From an uncultured Planctomycetales bacterium (lineage in GTDB: Bacteria > Planctomycetota > MHYJ01 > JACPRB01): DNA of 64,000 bases. The stretch spans positions 682 to 64,681 of the forward strand of contig CAZSCC010000566.1 in NCBI GenBank assembly GCA_964604905.1, read 5' to 3'. The translations under genes were made by a program, and so were the position numbers. Of this stretch, positions 51,738-59,503 are shown one piece after another (positions within the stretch are counted from its first letter, which is position 1; each line of letters opens with the position of its first letter). The notes below the pieces were generated by a model. The model made no database searches. It worked only from the letters and a program-made list of their open reading frames with translations, and was not told the DNA's origin.

Positions 51738-52496
51738 ATGAAGATGCTCTCGATGGCTGCGGTGGCGCTGGCGCTCATGGCCTCCTCGGCCCTGGCGGGC
51801 GGCGGCGGGAAGATCAAATTCAGCGAGGGGAAGCAGCACGACCAACTCCTCGCCGAGGCGAAGGCGAGCGGCACGCCCGTCATGCTCTACTTCACGGGCG
51901 AGGGGTGAGTGTACTGCAAGCAGCTGGACGCAGGTGCGTTCTCCGACGACAAGGTGGTCAAGGCCTCGGAAGGGTTGATCCGGATCCTGGTCGACAACGG
52001 CAAGGACGGGAAGCTCTTCCAGAAGTACAACATCAGCGGCATGCCGACGATCCTCTTCCTCGACGCGGAAGGCAAGCAGGTGGGCTCGCTCGGGGACCGG
52101 AGCGCCGGCGGCGTGGAGAAGCAGCTGACCGAGATCGTCTCCAAGCACAGCCGGGCCCCGCAGTGGACGGCGGGCGCCGACGCGACGGTGACGGCGGCGA
52201 AGGACGGCTCCAAGCCCGGGGTGCTCGTCTTCGTGGACGACAAGCCCAAGTCGCAGCTGTTCCTCAAGATCTTCAGCGATCCGGCGCTGGCCTCGCTCTA
52301 CGAGAAGGCCTCGTTCGGGAAGGTCGAGTTCAAGAAGGACTCGGAGGAGTGCAAGAAGTGGAAGGTGACGGAGGCGCCGGTCTGCCTGATCGTCGATCCT
52401 GCGGATGAATCGAAGCCGCTCAAGACGTGGAAGAGCGGGACGGCCAAGGCGCTCGCCAAGGAGATCGAGGAGGCCGCCAAGAAGCTGAAGAAGTGA
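51738..52496 (+). CDS. secreted thioredoxin-fold protein with in-frame TGA (51906..51908): candidate selenoprotein with UxxC redox motif
   Basis: The ATG at 51738 (GGAGGG 8 nt upstream) opens signal peptide MKMLSMAAVALALMASSALA, then ...GTPVMLYFTGEG-TGA-VYCKQLDAGAFSDDKVV... The track ORF 51909..52496 is in the same frame and starts on the codon right after the TGA. Confidence 0.7.
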
Positions 52497-52601
52497 TCTG
52501 AAGGAGAGTCCCGAACGGGCCCTGCTTCCTGTGGGGCCCGCTTCATTTTAAATGATGTGCGCGATCGTGAATCAAGCGGACCGGCCGGTCGTCTCCTGAA
52601 C

Positions 52602-53480
52602 ATGGAACCGAAGCCGAACCGAGGGGCCTGGATCGTCGGGCTGGGGGCGATCGTCGCCTGTCTCCTGATCGTGGGGCCGATCGCGTGCTCGATGAGCTCC
52701 GCCCGCCATACCGGGGAAAGGGTCGAGCTGCGCTACCGGTTCGAATGGATCGTGAGGCGCTCCGGCCCCCCTCAATCGATCCCTCAGCTGACCGACTCTG
52801 TCCGTCGACGCCTGGAATCCCTGGACAGCGGCGAGGTCCGGGTGAGGGTCGAGAGAGACGAGGTCGTGGTGAGGATGGACGGGATCGACCCCGTGCGCCT
52901 GCCCGACGCCCGAAGATTGCTCGGACAGACGGGATTCCTGGAGCTCTGCCCCGTCGCGGATCGGGCGGTCCAGGATCAGTTCAAGCGGGACGGCACCCTC
53001 CCGCCCGGGTACCGTGGCGTCGAGAACAAGGTCCGGTCGTTCGACGCGGAATACGCACCCTGGAGCGGGCCGATGCTCATCATAGAGAGCCGGCCAGCTC
53101 TCCACGGTGGCCACATCATCGCAAGCGAGGCCCAGCAGGAATTGGGGCTCGGTGGATCCATGTGGGTCACGACGTTCGAGCTGGACGCGGACGGGGCGCG
53201 GTCCTTCGACGCGGCGGCGAAGATCCTCTATCACCGGAGCCCGGCGGGATTGGTCGCCATCCTGCTCGACGGGACATTGAAGAGCGCTCCGGCCGTCCTC
53301 TCGGAGTCGTTCGTCGGCCGCGTTCGGATCTCGGGGGCCAAGAGCGAGCAGGAGGCGAAGGAACTGGCCATCATCCTCAAGAGCGGAGCGCTCCCGGCAC
53401 GGCTGGGGAGGATCAAGGACGGCGTCTTCGTCCCTGGCGAGCCCCAGGAGGAGCGCCGCTTTGGTCCGGAGAAGAAGTAG
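52602..53480 (+). CDS. SecD-like periplasmic (P1) domain protein lacking the SecD/F membrane domain
   Basis: One N-terminal TM segment, then FLELCPVAD, ...LDADGARSFDAAAK..., VAILLDGTLKSAPAVLS...ISGAKSEQEAKELAIILKSGALPARL, which resembles the SecD P1 head/base. No further TM segments. Confidence 0.55.
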   Translation: MEPKPNRGAWIVGLGAIVACLLIVGPIACSMSSARHTGERVELRYRFEWIVRRSGPPQSIPQLTDSVRRRLESLDSGEVRVRVERDEVVVRMDGIDPVRLPDARRLLGQTGFLELCPVADRAVQDQFKRDGTLPPGYRGVENKVRSFDAEYAPWSGPMLIIESRPALHGGHIIASEAQQELGLGGSMWVTTFELDADGARSFDAAAKILYHRSPAGLVAILLDGTLKSAPAVLSESFVGRVRISGAKSEQEAKELAIILKSGALPARLGRIKDGVFVPGEPQEERRFGPEKK

Positions 53481-53518
53481 GTCTGCTCTGCGTCTCTGTG
53501 GCTCTGCGGCTGGCTCTT

Positions 53519-55963
53519 CTACCAGCGGGGCTCGGTGGCGACGAGCGCGGCGATCTCCTCGGCGCTCACCGGCTTGCTGAAGAGGTAGCCCTGCCCGAAG
53601 CCGCACTTGAGCATGCGGAGCTCGCCCAACTGGTTCTGGGTCTCCACGCCCTCCGCGACCACGCGCATCCCCATGTTGTGAGCGAGCGTCACGATCGCGC
53701 GCACGATCTCGTGGCCCTCGCGCTTGGCGCCCATCCGCGAGACGAAGGAACGGTCGATCTTGACCGCGTCGATCGGGAACCGGTGGAGGTAGCTGAGCGA
53801 GGAGTAGCCCGTGCCGAAGTCGTCGAGGTAGATCTGGACCCCGTGCTTGCGAAGGTCGCGCAGCATCTGGCCGGCCGCCTCGGCGTTGTCGATCAGGACG
53901 CCCTCGGTGATCTCGACCGCCAGGCTGCTGGGGGAGAGGCCCGTCTCCTTGAGCGCCCCCGTCACGGCGTCGACGAGATCGCTCTGGCGGAACTGGCGGC
54001 CGGAGAGGTTGACGCTCACGGTGAGTCGGCCGCCGTCGGGGAAGTGGCCCTGCCACTCCTTGAGCTGGCGGCAGGCCTCGCGCAGGACCCAGCGGTCGAT
54101 GGCGATGATGAGGCCCGCCTCCTCGGCCACGTTGATGAAGTCGAAGGGCGAGACGAAGCCGCGCTGGGGGTGATTCCACCGGACCAGCGCCTCGAAGCCG
54201 ATGATGCGGCCGCTCTCGAGGGAGACGATGGGCATGTAGTAGGCGACGAACTCGCCGCGCTCGATGGCCTGCCGGAGCTCGGTCTCCATCTGGAGGAGCA
54301 CGACCGCGCGGGCGTGCATGGTGGTGTCGAAGACCTCGGCGCGCGCGCGGCCCAGGGACTTGGCGCGGTACATCGCGGTGTCGGCGTCGCGGAGGACGTC
54401 CTCCGCCTTCTCGTATCCCGTCATGCCCATCGCGATCCCGATCGAGGCGCTGCAGACGATCTCCTGCCCGCCCACGTGGACGGACTCCTTGAGGGCGACC
54501 TGGATGCGGTCCGCCACGACGGCGGCGTCCGCGGAGTCGGTCACGTCCTCGAGGAGGATCGCGAACTCGTCGCCGCCCAGGCGTGCGACCGTGTCGCCGG
54601 GGCGGACGGACTTCTCGAGGCGGCGCGCGGTCTCGACCAGGAGTTCGTCGCCGGGCCCGTGGCCCATCGAGTCGTTGATCAGCTTGAAGCGGTCGAGGTC
54701 GAGGAAGAGGACGGCGAAGAGCTTGTCCTTCTCGCGCCGCTTGTGCTTGAGGCGGTGGCCGAGGCGGTCGATGAAGAGCGAGCGGTTGGGGAGGCCGGTG
54801 AGGGCGTCGTGGAGGGCCTCGTGGATGAGCTGCTCCTCGGCGAGTTTGCGCTGGGTGGTGTCGGTCTGGGCGCCGACCATGCGGTAGGCGTGGCTGTCGC
54901 CGTTGCGGACGGCGAGGCCGCGGCTGAGGACCCAGCGGTAGCCGCGGTCCTTGTGGCGAATGCGGTGCTCGATCTCGAAGGTGGCGGTCCGGCCCTCGAG
55001 GTGTTCCTGGAGCGCGGCCTGGACGTTGGCGAGGTCGTCGGGGTGGATGCGGCGGAACCATTCGAAGGGGGTGGTCCCGATCTCGCCGTTGTCGCAGCCC
55101 AGCATCTCCTTCCAGCGCAGGGAGTAGTAGACCTCGTTGGTCTTGAGGTTCCAGTCCCAGAGGCCGTCGTTGACGCTCTGGGCGGCGAGGGCGTAGCGCT
55201 CCTCGCTGGCGCGGAGGGCTTCCTCGGCGACGCGGCGCTCGCTGATGTCGACGGCCATGCCGCCCACGAAGCGTTGGCCCGAGCCGTCGTCGACGGGGAA
55301 CTGGAGGATCCACCAGTGCTGGAGCGGGCCGCTCTGGACGGGGAGAGTCTCGTAGAGCTGGCGGGACTTGCCGGTCTCGAGGATGGCGCGGTCGTTCTCG
55401 GCCATCTGGCGCGAGGTCTCGGAGGTCCAGGGGCCCGCGCCGGAGCGGCCGGCGACGTCGGCGAGACGGAGCTTGAAGGTCAGCTCGAAGGGGGTGTTGA
55501 CGTACACGTAACGGCCATGCTCGTCCTTCATCCACGCGACGGTGGGGCTGTGGTCCATGAACGCCTTGAACCGTTCCTCGCTCTCGCGGAGCTTGAGCGA
55601 GACCCGGCTGGCGCCGCGCCGGTAGAGGAGGCCGACCATCAGGACGATGACGGGGAGGATGATCGTGGCCCCGATGACGCGGCGGAGTTCCTCGGGCTCG
55701 TACCGGAAGGGACGGCCCGGGAGCGAGAAGGACCACGCGAGGTAGATCCAGCCGATGGCCGCGCTGGCGAAGCCGGGGCGGAGGCCGCCCGAGAAGGCGG
55801 AGAAGACGACGGCAAGGAGGACGAGCGCGGAAGGGTCATGGATGGGAAAAGCGAAGCGGAGAAGCTCCAGCGCTCCCACGCCCGCGAGGGTGAGCGCCGG
55901 CCCGCCGGCCTGGGTCCAGAACTTCTTGCGGGAGGGGTCCCGCAGCCAATCCCCGATTCCCAT
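53519..55963 (-). CDS. membrane sensor with PAS domains / GGDEF / EAL
   Basis: N-terminal hydrophobic segments, PAS repeats, RLGGDEFAILL, GFEALVRWNHP, DDFGTGYSSLSYL. Confidence 0.9.
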   Translation of the reverse strand: MGIGDWLRDPSRKKFWTQAGGPALTLAGVGALELLRFAFPIHDPSALVLLAVVFSAFSGGLRPGFASAAIGWIYLAWSFSLPGRPFRYEPEELRRVIGATIILPVIVLMVGLLYRRGASRVSLKLRESEERFKAFMDHSPTVAWMKDEHGRYVYVNTPFELTFKLRLADVAGRSGAGPWTSETSRQMAENDRAILETGKSRQLYETLPVQSGPLQHWWILQFPVDDGSGQRFVGGMAVDISERRVAEEALRASEERYALAAQSVNDGLWDWNLKTNEVYYSLRWKEMLGCDNGEIGTTPFEWFRRIHPDDLANVQAALQEHLEGRTATFEIEHRIRHKDRGYRWVLSRGLAVRNGDSHAYRMVGAQTDTTQRKLAEEQLIHEALHDALTGLPNRSLFIDRLGHRLKHKRREKDKLFAVLFLDLDRFKLINDSMGHGPGDELLVETARRLEKSVRPGDTVARLGGDEFAILLEDVTDSADAAVVADRIQVALKESVHVGGQEIVCSASIGIAMGMTGYEKAEDVLRDADTAMYRAKSLGRARAEVFDTTMHARAVVLLQMETELRQAIERGEFVAYYMPIVSLESGRIIGFEALVRWNHPQRGFVSPFDFINVAEEAGLIIAIDRWVLREACRQLKEWQGHFPDGGRLTVSVNLSGRQFRQSDLVDAVTGALKETGLSPSSLAVEITEGVLIDNAEAAGQMLRDLRKHGVQIYLDDFGTGYSSLSYLHRFPIDAVKIDRSFVSRMGAKREGHEIVRAIVTLAHNMGMRVVAEGVETQNQLGELRMLKCGFGQGYLFSKPVSAEEIAALVATEPRW

Positions 55964-56023
55964 GGTCTCCTAGACTCCCCCTCTCCGTTCTCCCCATAAG
56001 TTATACCCCCTCATTCGAGGAGT

Positions 56024-56048
56024 GACAAAACAAACGGTTTGTTTTGTT
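56024..56048 (-). terminator. AT-rich hairpin 8 nt downstream of the SUI1-family gene stop
   Basis: gacaaaacaaac g gtttgttttgtt: 12-nt arms (outermost pair G-U in RNA) in otherwise GC-rich DNA. Confidence 0.45.
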
Positions 56049-56055
56049 ACGCGGG

Positions 56056-56406
56056 CTACCCGCCCGCCCGCTTGGAGCGGAAGCCGCGTTCCAGGAGCGC
56101 CTCGGCCAGCGCGTCTCGGTGGTCCCCCTGGATCTCGATCGTGAAGTCGCGGACGCAGCCGCCGGTGCCGAGCCGCTTCTTCAGGTCCCGCGCGAGGGCG
56201 TCCAGGTCGAAGCCCCCCTTGGGGAATCCCTCCAGGATGACCAACTCCCGCCCGGCCCCGCGCTTCTCCCGGCGCATCTTGATGATCTCGGGCCGGACCT
56301 TGGGCTTCGACGGGGTGGGGTCGGCCGGCCCCGGCGGGAGCGGCGGACAGGCGCAGTCGGGCGGCGGGATCTTTCCGCACTGCGGGCACGGGATTTCAAG
56401 CGGCAT
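56056..56406 (-). CDS. yciH: SUI1/YciH-family translation initiation factor-like protein
   Basis: C-terminal SUI1 pattern KRGAGRELVILEGF...LARDLKKRLGTGGCV...IEIQGDHRD. Cys/Pro-rich N-terminus. Confidence 0.8.
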   Translation of the reverse strand: MPLEIPCPQCGKIPPPDCACPPLPPGPADPTPSKPKVRPEIIKMRREKRGAGRELVILEGFPKGGFDLDALARDLKKRLGTGGCVRDFTIEIQGDHRDALAEALLERGFRSKRAGG

Positions 56407-56454
56407 CCCGGGATGATAGCGGGCGGCGGTGGGGGCCGCCAGAGTCCGACGCCG

Positions 56455-57144
56455 CTACGCCAGGTCGAACAGGATGAACTCCGAGGGCTCGACGCCCGAG
56501 AGCTCGAGCGTCTCCCTTCCGCCGACCGCCGCGCCGTCTCCCGCGGTGAGTCTTTGGCCGTTGAGCGAGACAGCGCCCCGGGCGATCTGGAGCCAGGCGT
56601 GCCGCCCGGCGGCCACGTCGTGCGTGGCCCTCCCGCCCTTCGCGAGGGCCCCGCGCCAGACGGACGCGTCCTGATGGATCCCGAGCGAGCCGTCGCGGCC
56701 GTCGCGCGACGCCACGAGCTGCAGCCCCTCCTTCGGGGGGAACGCCTTCTGGTCGTAGCCGGGGGGGAGCCCCTTCCGGTCGGGGAGGATCCAGATCTGG
56801 TAGAGGTGGGCCGGGTCCTTCTCCGACGGGTTGAACTCGCTGTGGATCACGCCCGTCCCCGCGGTCATCCGCTGCACTTCGCCGGGGCGGATGATGCTTT
56901 CGTTCCCCATGCTGTCCCGGTGCTGGAGCGCGCCCTCGAAGACGATCGTCACGATCTCCATGTCGCGGTGCGGGTGCATCCCGAACCCCTGGCCGGCGGC
57001 GACCCGGTCGTCGTTGAGGACCCGCAGCGTGCGGAAGCCCATCCAGTCGGGATCGTGGTAGTCCGCGAACGAGAAGGTGTGCCAGGTGTCGAGCCACCCG
57101 TGGTCCGCGTGGCCGCGCTCGGCGGCCTTCCGGATCGTGATCAT
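56455..57144 (-). CDS. pirin family protein
   Basis: GFGMHPHRDMEIVTIVFEG and the bicupin layout. 229 aa. Confidence 0.9.
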   Translation of the reverse strand: MITIRKAAERGHADHGWLDTWHTFSFADYHDPDWMGFRTLRVLNDDRVAAGQGFGMHPHRDMEIVTIVFEGALQHRDSMGNESIIRPGEVQRMTAGTGVIHSEFNPSEKDPAHLYQIWILPDRKGLPPGYDQKAFPPKEGLQLVASRDGRDGSLGIHQDASVWRGALAKGGRATHDVAAGRHAWLQIARGAVSLNGQRLTAGDGAAVGGRETLELSGVEPSEFILFDLA

Positions 57145-57230
57145 GCCGCCCTTCTAACTCCCGCGGGCCGGGAGACCATCCGATTTTCGGTGTCACATTC
57201 GGAGCCCGGCTCCATAGACTGGATGACCGC

Positions 57231-57788
57231 ATGACCGACGACCAGGCAAGACAGGCCCTTGAGCGCGTGCTCGCGGGGGACCGCGACGCGTACGGGGAGA
57301 TCGTCTCGGGCTTCCAGGACGCGCTCCGCGGAGCCCTCGGCGGCTTCGCCCGCTCGCTCGAGGAGCTCGAGGACTTCTGCCACCTCGCGTTCGTCGAGAC
57401 CTACTTCAAGCTGGGCGAGTACCGTCCGCAGCGCGGACCGGTCTTTCCGTGGTTCCTGGCCGTCGCCCGCAACGCCGTCCTCGAGGAACTCCGCCGCCGC
57501 CGTGCCCAGGGACGGAGGCTCTTCCGCTACGTCGAGCGGAACGCCGCGCAGGGGCCGGTCCACGAGGAGACCGATCATGCCCGGCGAGCGCTCGAGCGCT
57601 GCCTCTCCGAGCTCGAGCCCGGAGAATCGCGCGTCCTCCGCGACCACTACCGCGACGGCCGTGGCTGCAACGAGATCGCCTCCGCGCTCGGGAAGAGCGG
57701 CCCCGCCGTCCGCAAGATCCTGCAGAGGCTTCGCGAGCGCCTTCGCGCCTGCGTGGAGAAGCGGATGGTCGCGGCGGAGGAACCGTGA
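57231..57788 (+). CDS. ECF-type RNA polymerase sigma factor
   Basis: Region 2 (FPWFLAVARNAVLEELRRR) and region 4 (SRVLRDHYRDGRGCNEIASALGKSGPAVRKILQR). Confidence 0.85.
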   Translation: MTDDQARQALERVLAGDRDAYGEIVSGFQDALRGALGGFARSLEELEDFCHLAFVETYFKLGEYRPQRGPVFPWFLAVARNAVLEELRRRRAQGRRLFRYVERNAAQGPVHEETDHARRALERCLSELEPGESRVLRDHYRDGRGCNEIASALGKSGPAVRKILQRLRERLRACVEKRMVAAEEP

Positions 57789-59500
57789 GCACGCCCGAAT
57801 TCGAGGACCTCCTGGCCCGCCATTTCGAGGGGACGCTCGATGAGGCCGGCGCCGCGCGGCTGGACGAGCTGCTGGCGGCCGATCCCGCGGCGTTCGAGCG
57901 GTTCCGCGGCCTCTCGGAGGTCCACGGCTTCCTCCGCGCCCGGGAGGCTTCTGACTCCGACCGCGATCGCCTCGAGGCGGGCGTCGCCCGGTCGATCGTC
58001 GAAGAGGATCGCCGCCGGCGACTGACCTCGCGCGTGCTCGGCACGATCCGCAACCGTCGTCCGGCGCCGACCCGCCCGTGGGGCGCGATCGGGATCGCCG
58101 CCGCGGGGGTGCTGGTTGCGATCCTGGTCGTCCTTGCGACCCGTCCCTCGCCGAAGCCGCCCCGTCCCGAGATCGCCCTCCCTCCGGTCCCTCTCGAAAA
58201 GGCGGTGATCGGGGAGGAGTCGCCGCAGCCGCCCGTGCCGGAGCCCGAACGCCCTCTTCCGATTCCGCCTCCCGTGCCTCCCAAGCCGGTCGTGCCGAAG
58301 GAGAAGAAGCCCGAACCTCCACCCCCGGCTCCAGAGCCTCCCAAACCCGTCGTGCCCGAGAAGACGATCCCCGAACCGCCGAAGCCCCGCGCGATCGCGC
58401 GGACCTCGCTGGTCGCGACCCCTCGCCGGGGTGCCCGATTCACTCCGGCGGGCTTCGCGGTCACGCTCGAGCGGGGCTCGTCGCTGCTCCTCGAGCAGGA
58501 GGAGGGCGGCGGGACGCGGGCGACGCTCTCGGCGGGCCTCGCCTTCTTCGAGGTCGAGAAGCGGACGTCGCCGTTCATCGTGAACCTGGGCGTCGCGGAG
58601 GCGGTGGTCGTGGGCACCTCCTTCCAGGTCGAGCGGACCGCGCTCACGGTCGTGGAAGGCTCGGTCCGGCTCCGGAACGAGAAGGGCGAGGTGCTCGTTC
58701 GCGCGGGCCAGCGTTCGACGCTCCGCGCGGGCGAGAAGCCGTCCGCCCCTGCGAAGGCGGAGGTGGAATCGATCACGGCGTGGCGCCGGCGGCCCGAGCT
58801 TCTTCCGAACCCGGAAGGCGCTCCGTTCGTGGAGCGCGAAGTCGGCGCGAGCCGGAGGCTGCCGGGGTTGGTCCTCGCATCGCCCTTCGGGGAAGGGGAG
58901 GCCGAGTCGGAGAAGCTCGCGCGCGCGACGGCCGAGCGGATGGACCTGGGGCTCGTGGTGGGCCACCGCTTCCGCGACCCCGTGAAGAAGACCTGGATCA
59001 ATGTCGACCGCGCGATGGAGGCCGACGTGCGAGACGACGGGACGCCCGGGAAGGAGGCGTTCACCGACCGCGCGCGGAAGGCGACGGCCGAGTACCTCGA
59101 CCACCTGCGGGCGGCGGCGGGGGTCGCGCCGCGCGAGGCGGTCCCGATGGTCGTCCAGTTCCGAAACCACTACGAGCCGGGGCTCGACGTCTGCGAGGTG
59201 GCGCTGTCGGGCTGGAACAAACAGACGGTCGCGGGGCTGAAGGCGCTCTATGTCCAGCTGCTCGAGAAGCACAAGCCCGCCGCGCGGATCGAGATGCGCT
59301 TTCAGGGAGTGGACGACACCTACGAGCACAAGGGTGCGAAGCGGGCGTTCACGTTCACCGAGGCGGACGCGCGGATCGAGGGGTACATGGCTCCGAAGAA
59401 CGCGCGGAACGCGGCCGCGTTCTTTTTCAAGAGCCCGGGCGACGCGGACGCGAGGATCCTGGGGGAGCTGATCGAGTACCTGTACTCCCGGAGGAGGTAG
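57785..59500 (+). CDS. FecR-like anti-sigma factor with Pro-rich spacer and an extra C-terminal domain
   Basis: GTGA overlap with the sigma gene. TM segment IGIAAAGVLVAILVVLA. Pro-rich PPKPVVP repeats. FecR-like beta segment (FEVEKRTSPFIVNLGVAEAVVVGTSFQV). ~230 further residues of unknown family. Confidence 0.7.
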   Translation: MSTPEFEDLLARHFEGTLDEAGAARLDELLAADPAAFERFRGLSEVHGFLRAREASDSDRDRLEAGVARSIVEEDRRRRLTSRVLGTIRNRRPAPTRPWGAIGIAAAGVLVAILVVLATRPSPKPPRPEIALPPVPLEKAVIGEESPQPPVPEPERPLPIPPPVPPKPVVPKEKKPEPPPPAPEPPKPVVPEKTIPEPPKPRAIARTSLVATPRRGARFTPAGFAVTLERGSSLLLEQEEGGGTRATLSAGLAFFEVEKRTSPFIVNLGVAEAVVVGTSFQVERTALTVVEGSVRLRNEKGEVLVRAGQRSTLRAGEKPSAPAKAEVESITAWRRRPELLPNPEGAPFVEREVGASRRLPGLVLASPFGEGEAESEKLARATAERMDLGLVVGHRFRDPVKKTWINVDRAMEADVRDDGTPGKEAFTDRARKATAEYLDHLRAAAGVAPREAVPMVVQFRNHYEPGLDVCEVALSGWNKQTVAGLKALYVQLLEKHKPAARIEMRFQGVDDTYEHKGAKRAFTFTEADARIEGYMAPKNARNAAAFFFKSPGDADARILGELIEYLYSRRR

Positions 59501-59503
59501 GCC

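Noticed and set aside
52572-55999. 1054-aa minus-strand and 1104-aa plus-strand ORFs over the second GGDEF-EAL gene
   Set aside because: These are alternative frames or the antisense of 53519..55963, which contains the GGDEF/EAL motifs. The rejected frames are R/P/G-rich.
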